A stretch of 64,000 bases of DNA from a bacterium (GTDB taxonomy: Bacteria; CG2-30-53-67): contig JAJRUP010000152.1 of assembly GCA_024277725.1 (NCBI GenBank), positions 520 through 64,519 on the forward strand, given 5' to 3'. Below are positions 19,102-27,719 of this stretch, in pieces (position 1 is the first letter of the stretch; each line of letters starts with the position of its first letter). The notes under the pieces are model-generated. The model saw only the letters and a list, made by a program, of their open reading frames with translations. It was not told the DNA's origin and did no database searches. The translations under genes were made by a program, and so were the position numbers.

Positions 19102-19285
19102 TTCGAAGGAAAATCGACGAATTATCAGCAATACCAGAGAAGGATAATCCCTGCAAGTGCGGCGTTCCTCATCCGCCCCGATGGGGTATGGACCCTCGCT
19201 TCACCCCGTATGGGAAACCTCCACGCTCCGGCTTGGGGATGAAGGTGCAATACCGTCAGGGTTCCGGTACGGAATGCGCTATGCA

Positions 19286-19315
19286 CAGGAACCGGCGGTT
19301 TTCCGCCGGTTCCTG
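19286..19315 (+). promoter_or_regulatory. perfect 13-bp palindrome (CAGGAACCGGCGG-TTTT-CCGCCGGTTCCTG) in the leader
   Basis: Perfect inverted repeat about 30 nt upstream of the tusA-like start codon. Either an RNA hairpin or a dimeric-regulator operator. No following U-tract. Confidence 0.4.
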
Positions 19316-19343
19316 TCTGCGGAGCGTCACAGGAGACGAAGGC

Positions 19344-19580
19344 ATGGAGGTTACAAGAGAGATCGACGTAACCGGCAGGATCTGCCCCGGTCCCCTCATT
19401 GCCGTTGCCAAGGAGATCCGCCGCCTTGATGCAGGCGCCCTCCTCCGGGTAACCGGTGACGATCCCCTCTTCGAGGAGACGATCCTTGAGTTCTGCAGGG
19501 AGGGGAACCATGTCGTCATCGAAACGAAGCGGGAGGGGAAACGGGTCTGTATCGTCCTGCAAAGGTCAACCGTTTCATGA
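19344..19580 (+). CDS. tusA: TusA-like sulfurtransferase (SirA/YedF/YeeD family)
   Basis: MEVTREIDVTGRICPGPLIAVAKEIRRL contains the CPxP active-site motif, about 78 aa, GGAGA RBS. The listed ORF 19188..19580 includes an unlikely N-terminal extension. Confidence 0.75.
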   Translation: MEVTREIDVTGRICPGPLIAVAKEIRRLDAGALLRVTGDDPLFEETILEFCREGNHVVIETKREGKRVCIVLQRSTVS

Positions 19581-19596
19581 GCGGAGGGAGGCCGGG

Positions 19597-20124
19597 ATGG
19601 CGAAAAAGGGAACGATCATGGTCGTAAGCGGTGAACTGGACCGGGTCCATACCGCCTTTCTCATCGCCACGGGGTTTGCCGCCCTCGGGGTCGAGATGAA
19701 GATGTGGTTCGTTCTCTGGGGTCATAACTGCCTCAAGAAACGGCGGGGACTCTTCGCCCGGCGCCGCAAACCCGTTCCCGACCGGGAAGGGACCTACCGG
19801 AACCTCGACACAGACAACCTGCTCCAGCCGATGGTGGAATTGATCAACCGCGGCGGCGCCGACCACCTCCCCTTGTCCCGCCTGAACCTGATGGGCCTCG
19901 GTCCGGCCCTTTTCCGGAAGATGATGAAGAAGAAGAACATCCCCACCTTGAAGGAACTGATCGCCGACGCCGATGAGCTGGGAGTGAAATTTATCCTCTG
20001 CCAGATCTGCATCGACGCCCTCGGTCTGAGTGTGGACGACCTCATTGTCCCCCATGTGGAGGTCCAGGGAGTGGCCGCCTACATGAAAGACACCATGGAG
20101 GCCCATGTGAATCTCTTTATCTGA
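19597..20124 (+). CDS. DsrE/DsrF-like family protein (DsrE2-like)
   Basis: MAKKGTIMVVSGELDRVHTAFLIATGFAALG...KFILCQICIDALGL is the DsrE-fold pattern, with conserved Cys positions in the CQIC segment. Immediately follows tusA as in TusA-DsrE2 sulfur-trafficking pairs. Confidence 0.65.
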   Translation: MAKKGTIMVVSGELDRVHTAFLIATGFAALGVEMKMWFVLWGHNCLKKRRGLFARRRKPVPDREGTYRNLDTDNLLQPMVELINRGGADHLPLSRLNLMGLGPALFRKMMKKKNIPTLKELIADADELGVKFILCQICIDALGLSVDDLIVPHVEVQGVAAYMKDTMEAHVNLFI

Positions 20125-20150
20125 CGAAATTTCTTCGAAAGAGGCATGCA

Positions 20151-22292
20151 ATGAACCGGGAAAGGAAAGAACACCTGGAAGAAATTCTGAAATTACGCGA
20201 GGAGAACGCCTTCTTCCGTAAGACCCTGAACGAAACCTCGGCAGGACAGGAACTCCTCCGGCAGCGGAAGGAATTCGCCCAGGTCCTCAAAGTCAGTCAG
20301 GCCGTCGTCTCCGAACTCGACTTGCAGAAGGTCCTGAACCTCGTGGCGCAATCGGCCCGGGAAATCATCGAGGCCGAGACAGTCGTCGTCCCGATCCTGA
20401 ACGAGGAGCGTGACCATTATGCATACATGGCGGCGGTAGGAGAAGGCGCCGGGGAATTCGCCAATCTGCAATACAAGATTCATGTCGGCATGTGCGGCTG
20501 GGTCCTCCGCAACGAACGTCCCCTCCTCTTCGGGGAACCGGCAGAGTGGTGGATAGAGGAAAAAACCCCTTGGGAGGAGGGACAGCAGTCGGCCCTCCTG
20601 GTTCCTCTCTCCGGCCGGAAAGGAATCATCGGAGGGCTTTCCGGCCTCGGCAAGAAGGGAGGCGGGAGCTTCACCGAACATGATCTCGAACTTCTGACTC
20701 TCTTTGCAAACCAGGTGAGCATCGCCATTGAAAACGCCCGCCTTTTCCAGGAAAAAGAAGAAGTCATCTCTGATCTGGAAAAGGAAAAGGAGCGGCTGGC
20801 CGTGACCCTGCGCAGTATCGGCGACGGGGTGATTACCGCCGATATGGCAGGCCGCGTCATCCTGATCAACAAGGTCGCGGAAGAACTCACCGGCTGGAGT
20901 CAAAAGGAGGCGGCAGGACAACCCCTGCAGTCGATTTTTCACATCATCAACGAGAAAACGCGTATCCGCTGCGAAGATCCCGTCGCAAAGGTCCTCAGCT
21001 CAGGAAAGGTCATCGGCCTGGCCAACCACACCCTTCTCATCGCAAAAGACGGCACGGAACGGATCATTGCCGACAGCGGAGCACCGATCCGGGACCGGGA
21101 AAGCCGGGTGATCGGCGCCGTTCTCGTCTTCCGGGATATTACCGAGAAAAGGAAAATCGAATCGGAACTGTTGAAAATCAAGAAACTTGAATCCCTGGGC
21201 GTCCTGGCCGGAGGCATCGCCCATGATTTCAACAACATCCTCGTCGCCATTCTCGGGAACCTCAGCCTCGCCACGGCAAACCTCTCACCTGAAGATAACC
21301 TCTTTCCCCTCCTCCGGGAGGCCGAGAAGGCCTCTCTCCGTGCCCAGGGATTGACCCGCCAACTGCTCACCTTCTCCAAGGGGGGAGCACCGGTCAGGAA
21401 ACTCGCCTCCATGACCGAGGTGATCCGTGATTCCTGCAACTTCGTTCTCCGGGGAAGCCGTGTCCGGTGTACCTACCGGATTCCGAAGGACCTCTGGCCG
21501 GTAGAAATCGACACCGGTCAGATGAGCCAGGTGATTCAGAACCTGGTCATCAATGCCGTCCATGCCATGCCGGAAGGCGGCACCATCGAGATCGCCTGTG
21601 CCAACCTGGCGCGAGGCAGAGAAGAGGCCCCGACGCTTTCCGAAGCTCCCTATGTAAAAATCCTCATTCGCGACCGGGGAGCGGGGATTGCCCCGGAACT
21701 GATCGACAAGATCTTCGATCCCTACTTCACCACCAAAGAGGAGGGAAGCGGCCTCGGGCTCACCGTAACCCATTCCATTGTCACCAAACACGACGGACAC
21801 ATTGCGGTTGCCTCCGAGAAGGAAGGAGGCACAATTTTCACCATTTACCTCCCCGCCGTCACAGTGAAGGTCCCCGGGGGGAAAAGCACTCCCCGGACAT
21901 CGCCGGGAAAAGGCAATGGAAAAATCCTCGTCATGGACGATAAGGAGATCGTCCGCACCGTGGCCTGGAACATGCTGACCCACGCAGGTTACGAGATCGT
22001 CTCCGTTGTCTCCGGCGAGGAAGCCGTACAATACTACCGCAAAGCCGCCGAAGACGGTCATCCCTTTGATCTGGTCATCGCGGATCTCACCGTTCCCGGA
22101 GGAATGGGAGGAACAGCCACGGCCGCAGAAATCCACCGGACCCATCCCGAAGCAAAGATCATCGCTTCCAGCGGGTATTCCAACGACTCCGTCATGGCGG
22201 ATTACGAAAAATTCGGTTTCTGCGGCGCCGTGGCCAAACCCTACCGTATGCAGGAATTGCTGGAGGTCGTCGCCCGGGTCATGGAAGAATAG
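20151..22292 (+). CDS. hybrid sensor histidine kinase (GAF - PAS - HisKA - HATPase_c - receiver)
   Basis: GAF-like N-terminus, PAS (ITADMAGRVILINKVAEELTGW), H-box (GGIAHDFNN), N/G boxes (NLVINAVHAM..DRGAGI..GSGLGL), C-terminal receiver (ILVMDDKE...DLVIADLTVPGG..KP). Confidence 0.85.
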   Translation: MNRERKEHLEEILKLREENAFFRKTLNETSAGQELLRQRKEFAQVLKVSQAVVSELDLQKVLNLVAQSAREIIEAETVVVPILNEERDHYAYMAAVGEGAGEFANLQYKIHVGMCGWVLRNERPLLFGEPAEWWIEEKTPWEEGQQSALLVPLSGRKGIIGGLSGLGKKGGGSFTEHDLELLTLFANQVSIAIENARLFQEKEEVISDLEKEKERLAVTLRSIGDGVITADMAGRVILINKVAEELTGWSQKEAAGQPLQSIFHIINEKTRIRCEDPVAKVLSSGKVIGLANHTLLIAKDGTERIIADSGAPIRDRESRVIGAVLVFRDITEKRKIESELLKIKKLESLGVLAGGIAHDFNNILVAILGNLSLATANLSPEDNLFPLLREAEKASLRAQGLTRQLLTFSKGGAPVRKLASMTEVIRDSCNFVLRGSRVRCTYRIPKDLWPVEIDTGQMSQVIQNLVINAVHAMPEGGTIEIACANLARGREEAPTLSEAPYVKILIRDRGAGIAPELIDKIFDPYFTTKEEGSGLGLTVTHSIVTKHDGHIAVASEKEGGTIFTIYLPAVTVKVPGGKSTPRTSPGKGNGKILVMDDKEIVRTVAWNMLTHAGYEIVSVVSGEEAVQYYRKAAEDGHPFDLVIADLTVPGGMGGTATAAEIHRTHPEAKIIASSGYSNDSVMADYEKFGFCGAVAKPYRMQELLEVVARVMEE

Positions 22293-22317
22293 CTTTCCCA
22301 AAGAAACCAACACAACA

Positions 22318-22593
22318 CTAAGTGGTCCTGTTCGTAAATACTGTGACGCACCGAGAGGGTCGCAGGGCGGTCTCGTCTCCGCGCGCGACGGAGGCGGTAC
22401 GTACCCCTTGTGGTACGGTGCAGGGAGCGCATCCCAAGATACCTTAATGTGTCAGCCGCCGCAGGCGGCATCAATTAAGGTAAAGCGGGAGTCTGGCCCA
22501 GCGAAGGCTTGCCTTCGCTGGGGAAAAGACAACGAAGAAGAGGCCGTCCTGCGGCACTCAAATGCCACCGTATTTACGAATAGGGCCACTAAG
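22318..22593 (+). ncRNA. candidate structured RNA / MITE-like element closed by a 24-nt inverted repeat
   Basis: ctaagtggtcctgttcgtaaatac (22318-22341) pairs with gtatttacgaatagggccactaag (22570-22593) at 21/24. Two of the three mismatches are G-U-compatible only on the plus strand. Interior holds at least four strong GC hairpins (palindrome ggtacgtacc; accttaat...attaaggt; cccagcgaagg-cttg-ccttcgctggg). Confidence 0.4.
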
Positions 22594-22709
22594 GGAGAGC
22601 CTGACCCCGGAACGCTGCAAGGCTCCACATTCGCATTGTTTCCCGAAACGTTTTGTGATATACATCATTTTCAGACTCCCTTTCAGGATCCCGGTGAAGA
22701 TATCGTTTC

Positions 22710-24623
22710 ATGAACCTCTTCCGTAAATTTTATTCCTCCAGTCCCTTTCCGGCTGTCGCAACGGTTTATCTGGCGGTCTCCCTGCTCCTGCGCCTTCTCC
22801 TTTGGTGGTCCTTCGGACGGCCTGCCGAAGTTTCTCCATGGCACCTGCCGGCCATACTCGGGTTCGGAGCCGTCAACGACCTCGCGGAACTTTTCTACCT
22901 CCTCGCACCGGTTGTCTTCTACCTGCTGCTGCTCCCCTCCGGAATCGCACGCTCCGCACGGCACCGTCGTTTCCTCACCGGATGCACCTATCTGGTCCTT
23001 TTCGGAATGCTTTATATCTCGGCAGCGGAATATTTCTTTTTCGAGGAATTCGATTCCCGGTTCAACCTGATGGCCGTCGACTATCTCGTCTATCCGCATG
23101 AGGTATGGGGCAACATCTGGGATTCGTACCCGGTCCTCCCCGTCCTTGCGGCAACAGCAATCCTTTCCATGGTCCTCCTGAAATTGATCGGACCGACGCT
23201 GCAAAACTGGCTCCTGGATCCTCCCCACCCGCTCAACCGCAGAAAGTTATTGCTCGGCTACATACTGACGCTGGCACTGATCTTTGAGGGGTTTTCCACC
23301 ACTACGCTGGCTCATTCTACAAACCGGGTGGAAAATGAACTGACCGTAAACGGAATCAGCAGCCTCTTCCAATCATTTCGTACGCATGAACTCGACTACA
23401 ATCTCTACTATCCGACCCTCGGCCACGACCGGGCCTTCCAACGTATTCGCAACCACCTTGCCGAAGGGCGAGGCACTTTGGATCCGTCGCTGGGAGAAAA
23501 CCTGAATCGAACCTTTCAAGCCGACCCCGCCGGCCTGGGAAAAATGAACGTCGTCATCATTGTCGAGGAGTCGCTGGGCGCAGGATTTGTCGGTGCCTAC
23601 GGCGATCGGCGCGGATTGACACCCGTTTTCGACAAACTGGCCGAGGGGGGGCTTCTGTTCGAAAACACCTATGCCACGGGGACCCGGACCGTGCGTGGGC
23701 TGGAGGCAATCACCGCTTCCTTCCCTCCGATCCCGAGCGTTTCAATCCTTCGGAGACCGGGCAATGAAGGGATTGCCACGTGGGGAAAGGTGATGCGGAA
23801 CAACGGTTATGCCACTTCGTTCCTCTACGGCGGTTACGGCTATTTCGACAACATGAATTATTTTTACCGGAACAACGGCTTTGCCGTCAGTGATCGGGGG
23901 GAGATCAAAAAGGTGACCTTCGCCAATATCTGGGGGGTCTGCGACGAGGACCTTTTCAACCACGCGCTTGACTATTACGATACACTCCACCGGCAGAATC
24001 GTCCTTTCTTCTCCATCGTGATGACCACCTCCAATCACAAACCCTTTACCTTCCCGGAGGGAATTCCGGGCATTCCCCACAAAGGAGGGGGAAGAAAGGC
24101 GGGGGTCCGTTACGCCGATTATGCCCTGGGACGTTTTTTCAGCCAGGCACCGCAACATCCCTGGTTCGGCAACACACTTTTTGTGATCGTAGCGGATCAC
24201 GACGCTCGCGTTTACGGACGGTTACAGATCCCCCTACGCCACTACCGGATCCCCCTGCTGATCTACGCACCGGGGAAGATCTTACCGCAGAGGGTTGCAA
24301 CCCCTACCAGCCAGATCGACATCGCCCCGACGGTCCTGGGACTGCTCGGGCTCCCTTATCGTGCACCCTTTTACGGCCGGGACATCCTGAAGGTCCCCCC
24401 CGGGGAACCCCACCCCGTCCTCCTCAGCCACAATCATGATGTGGCGCTCTTCCAGGACGGCAAGCTGACCGTGTTGGGAATGGACGGAAAACTCACCACC
24501 TTCCGTTATCTTCCAAAGAAACATCGCTTGATCCCGGTCGGGGATAACCCCGCAATTACGGAACTGGCAATTGCCTATTACCAGACCGCCTTTGAGCTTT
24601 TCAAATCCCACCGGTACCAATGA
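22710..24623 (+). CDS. LTA-synthase/sulfatase-family membrane protein (phosphoglycerol- or phosphoethanolamine-transferase-like)
   Basis: 637 aa. Five or so N-terminal TM helices, then an alkaline-phosphatase-superfamily domain (VVIIVEESLG..TRTVRG..MTTSNHKPF..VIVADHD). Confidence 0.75.
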   Translation: MNLFRKFYSSSPFPAVATVYLAVSLLLRLLLWWSFGRPAEVSPWHLPAILGFGAVNDLAELFYLLAPVVFYLLLLPSGIARSARHRRFLTGCTYLVLFGMLYISAAEYFFFEEFDSRFNLMAVDYLVYPHEVWGNIWDSYPVLPVLAATAILSMVLLKLIGPTLQNWLLDPPHPLNRRKLLLGYILTLALIFEGFSTTTLAHSTNRVENELTVNGISSLFQSFRTHELDYNLYYPTLGHDRAFQRIRNHLAEGRGTLDPSLGENLNRTFQADPAGLGKMNVVIIVEESLGAGFVGAYGDRRGLTPVFDKLAEGGLLFENTYATGTRTVRGLEAITASFPPIPSVSILRRPGNEGIATWGKVMRNNGYATSFLYGGYGYFDNMNYFYRNNGFAVSDRGEIKKVTFANIWGVCDEDLFNHALDYYDTLHRQNRPFFSIVMTTSNHKPFTFPEGIPGIPHKGGGRKAGVRYADYALGRFFSQAPQHPWFGNTLFVIVADHDARVYGRLQIPLRHYRIPLLIYAPGKILPQRVATPTSQIDIAPTVLGLLGLPYRAPFYGRDILKVPPGEPHPVLLSHNHDVALFQDGKLTVLGMDGKLTTFRYLPKKHRLIPVGDNPAITELAIAYYQTAFELFKSHRYQ

Positions 24624-24649
24624 TCCGGCCTCGGCAAGGTATTTTCTTA

Positions 24650-24678
24650 TTGACATATTCGAGAATGGTCATTAGAAT
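24650..24678 (+). promoter_or_regulatory. sigma-70-like promoter (TTGACA-17-TAGAAT) upstream of the glutamate synthase genes
   Basis: TTGACA at 24650-24655, 17-nt spacer, TAGAAT at 24673-24678. Leaves a ~195-nt leader before 24875. Confidence 0.45.
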
Positions 24679-24874
24679 AGGCGTTCGGCTTCGGAAAGAA
24701 AACGTCGTTGAAGATTGAGTTATTTTTCACATGATTTCAGGTGGTTCACCGGAAAAAGCACCCCACGACGCGCCTGCCCTTCCTTAGGCATCCCTCCCCG
24801 ATGATCAGGAATTGGATATGCAGGCCCTATCGATTTCGGGGCGTAATTCCCCGTAAGATTTCAAAGGATCCCTT

Positions 24875-25990
24875 ATGTGCCGATTAAGCGCAGTCACTTC
24901 CGACCAATACTTCTCTCCCATGGAGAACATCCTGGCCCTTGAAACCATGAAGGAAGGGCACGACGGTTCCGGTCTGGGCCTGGTCTTGAAGGACCTGGGC
25001 GGAGAATTCGAGCATCTCAAGGAATATCCGATCCTCTCCGGAATCTGTTCCAACAAAGGAATGGAAGCCCTGAATCATTATATGGAAGAAGCGGGCTTTG
25101 TAGAAAAATTCATGTGGGAACCTCGAATCCGGGAGATCCCGGGTTCGGGAATCACCCGTCGCGACCACTATTTCGCCAAGGCCTACAAATATCCACCTGC
25201 TTTCCAGGACAAAAACGAAGAAGAAAAAGAACAACTCCTTTTGGAAACCCGGTTAGCCCTCCGGGACCTGGGAGAAGCCGACGAGTCGATCTTCGTCTTC
25301 TCTTTCTATCCCGATGTCATCACCTTGAAATCGGTCGGCGACCCCCTGCAGGTGGGAGAATTCTTCGGTCTCGACAAGGATTCACTGACGGCGAAGATTA
25401 TCTTTGCCCAGGGACGGCAGAACACCAATTACGCCATTTATCTTTATGCCTGTCATCCCTTTTTCATTGAAGGCTATTGCACCATGACGAACGGGGAGAA
25501 CACGGCTTTCGTTCCGATCCGGGAATTTTTAACCAGCCGCGGGTTTGCAGGTTACCGGGGGTACAACAGCGACAGCGAGGTCTTCACCCACATCCTCCAC
25601 TATTGTCATCGACAACTCAAATTCCCCCTCCCCTATTTCAAGGATGTCATCACTCCTCTGCAGGAAGGGGAGATCGAAGGGCGTTCGGACCGTGATGCCG
25701 TCCGCCTGATCAAGAAATCCCTACGGCCCCTCTGCATCGACGGACCGAATTGCATAATCGGATTTACCCCGGACGGCACGGTCTTCATGACCCAAGACGC
25801 CAAGAAACTCCGGCCCGGCGTTGTCGGCGGCGTGCCCGGCAAATACGCCCTCATGTCCGAGGAGTGCGGGCTCGACCGGGCCGTACCGGAACGAGACAAG
25901 ACACAAGACATCTGCCCCATGAAATATGATATGGTGGTGGTTTCTCCGGGAGCCAGAAAGGTAACAAAATGGAACCAGCTGAACGTTTAG
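24875..25990 (+). CDS. glutamate synthase, class-II glutamine amidotransferase subunit (archaeal-type domain 1)
   Basis: Begins MCRL (Cys2 nucleophile typical of Ntn class-II GATases). First of three adjacent genes that together cover glutamate synthase domains. Confidence 0.8.
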   Translation: MCRLSAVTSDQYFSPMENILALETMKEGHDGSGLGLVLKDLGGEFEHLKEYPILSGICSNKGMEALNHYMEEAGFVEKFMWEPRIREIPGSGITRRDHYFAKAYKYPPAFQDKNEEEKEQLLLETRLALRDLGEADESIFVFSFYPDVITLKSVGDPLQVGEFFGLDKDSLTAKIIFAQGRQNTNYAIYLYACHPFFIEGYCTMTNGENTAFVPIREFLTSRGFAGYRGYNSDSEVFTHILHYCHRQLKFPLPYFKDVITPLQEGEIEGRSDRDAVRLIKKSLRPLCIDGPNCIIGFTPDGTVFMTQDAKKLRPGVVGGVPGKYALMSEECGLDRAVPERDKTQDICPMKYDMVVVSPGARKVTKWNQLNV

Positions 25991-27627
25991 ACGCAAACCA
26001 TGAACTGACGCTGCATGAGTTTCCCTATATCATCCAGTGGCGGGAGGACCGATGCACCCGGTGCGGGCGCTGTACCGCCGTCTGCCCGGTTCATGCCATC
26101 GAACCGACGGTCTTCTCCCAGCGAGTCGTGAAATCCGAGGGAAGTGTCCCCACACCGACAACGGTACGCAGCATCATGCAGGGCGTCCGGCAAGTTACGG
26201 AGATCGACCGGTACTGCACCGGTTGTTCCACCTGTTCCCTCGTCTGCCCGAATGTGGCGATCGAACCGGAATACAACCCCCGTCATAAATTCCTCTTCTA
26301 CAAGAACAAGGGAGGTGTTCCTTACAAACGGGGCGGGCGCCGGAACGATCCGACACCGTCCACGGTGGACCAGTTGAAATTCACCCGGATTTCCATGCTC
26401 ACCGATCCGGCCCTCGACGCCGGACGACACGAGTTCCGGATCCGGACCCTCCTGGGGCGGAACCTTCCGCCGGAGCGGCTTCCTCTGGAATCCCGTGAGG
26501 GGAAATTGAGAGTCCGGGGGGAAACCGGTTTCATCCCGCCGGTGCGGGAGATCTTTCCCATCCGGATCGGGAGCATGTCGGTGGGGGCGCTTTCTCCCCA
26601 CATGTGGGAGGGATTGGCCATGGGAGTCGCCTATCTCAATGAGGTCGAAGGACTGCCGGTCGTCATGTGCACCGGCGAGGGCGGGATCCCGCCGCGCCTT
26701 TTGAAATCCCGTTTTGCCAAATACATGATCCTCCAGATCGCCTCAGGCTATTTAGGCTGGGACGAGATCGTCCATGCCATCCCGGAAATGACGGAAGATC
26801 CGGCGGCCATCGAGATCAAATACGGCCAGGGAGCCAAACCGGGTGACGGTGGTCTCCTCATGGCCTACAAGGTCCTGAAACTGATCGCCAAGATCCGGGG
26901 CGTCCCGATGTACGTCGACCTCGCTTCCCCCCCGACACACCAGACAAAGTACTCCATCGAAGAGGCCGTGGCCAAAATGATCCAGTCGATGTCAATGGCC
27001 TGGGGCTTCCGCGTCCCCGTCTACCCGAAGATCTCGGGAACCAAGACGGCCCAGGCCGTTCTCAACAATCTGGCCCGAAATCCCTATGCGGCGGCCCTCT
27101 GTATCGACGGTGAGGACGGCGGGACCGGCGCAGCCTATAACGTCTCCATGGACAAGATGGGGCATCCCATCGCCTCCAACATCCGGGATTGCTACCTCGA
27201 TCTGGTCAAACAAGGGAAACAGAACGAACTTCCCCTGATCGCCGCCGGCGGTATCGGAAAGGGAGGCAACCTGGCCGCCAATACCGCGGCCATGATCATG
27301 CTCGGTGCCTCGGCCGTCGATATCGGGAAATATATCATGCAGGCGGCAGCCGACTGTCTCGGGAATGAGTACAATCGGTGCAACCTCTGCAACACGGGAC
27401 GCTGCCCCCGGGGGATCACCACCCAGGATCCCCGTCTCTACCGGCGGCTCGACCCGGACCGTGTGGCGGAACGGGTCGTTGACGTATTCAAGTCGGCCGA
27501 CGTGGAACTGCGGAAGGTCTTTGCTCCACTGGGACGAAGCACGGAACTTCCGATCGGAATGTCCGATGCCCTCGGCGTTGCGAACAAGGAGATTGCCGAC
27601 CGTTTGAAGATCAGTTACGTCTGTTAG
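25969..27627 (+). CDS. glutamate synthase FMN-binding (central domain) subunit with N-terminal 2x[4Fe-4S] ferredoxin motifs
   Basis: CTRCGRCTAVCP and CTGCSTCSLVCP clusters, then a GltB-central-domain-like TIM barrel (GEGGIPP..KYGQGAKPG..IAAGGIGKGG). Confidence 0.8.
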   Translation: MEPAERLDANHELTLHEFPYIIQWREDRCTRCGRCTAVCPVHAIEPTVFSQRVVKSEGSVPTPTTVRSIMQGVRQVTEIDRYCTGCSTCSLVCPNVAIEPEYNPRHKFLFYKNKGGVPYKRGGRRNDPTPSTVDQLKFTRISMLTDPALDAGRHEFRIRTLLGRNLPPERLPLESREGKLRVRGETGFIPPVREIFPIRIGSMSVGALSPHMWEGLAMGVAYLNEVEGLPVVMCTGEGGIPPRLLKSRFAKYMILQIASGYLGWDEIVHAIPEMTEDPAAIEIKYGQGAKPGDGGLLMAYKVLKLIAKIRGVPMYVDLASPPTHQTKYSIEEAVAKMIQSMSMAWGFRVPVYPKISGTKTAQAVLNNLARNPYAAALCIDGEDGGTGAAYNVSMDKMGHPIASNIRDCYLDLVKQGKQNELPLIAAGGIGKGGNLAANTAAMIMLGASAVDIGKYIMQAAADCLGNEYNRCNLCNTGRCPRGITTQDPRLYRRLDPDRVAERVVDVFKSADVELRKVFAPLGRSTELPIGMSDALGVANKEIADRLKISYVC

Positions 27628-27640
27628 ACTTCAAGGCGGT

Positions 27641-27704
27641 CAGCTTTCAGCACTCAGCTACGACAGTTCCTCTGCACATCAATTTCCCGCTTTGCTGAAA
27701 GCGA
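27641..27704. repeat. partial copy of the hairpin-module repeat family (shares cggtcagctttcagc...catcaa.tttccc with 55468-55510)
   Basis: gctttcagc (27647) and gctgaaagc (27696) form a 9-bp inverted repeat. The left part matches the R3 element near 55468. Confidence 0.4.
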
Positions 27705-27719
27705 TTTTGTGAGGAAAAT

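Noticed and set aside
19188-19343. N-terminal extension of the TusA-like ORF (start at 19188)
   Set aside because: The extension (MDPRFTPYGKPPRSGLGMKVQYRQGSG...) is not TusA-like and overlaps the structured leader and palindrome. ATG 19344 with a GGAGA RBS gives a canonical ~78-aa TusA.
22318-22593. Retron msr/msd ncRNA (inverted repeats a1/a2) hypothesis for the IR-bounded element
   Set aside because: There is no reverse-transcriptase gene nearby; the downstream gene is an LTA-synthase-like membrane protein. Kept as a generic structured-RNA/MITE candidate instead.
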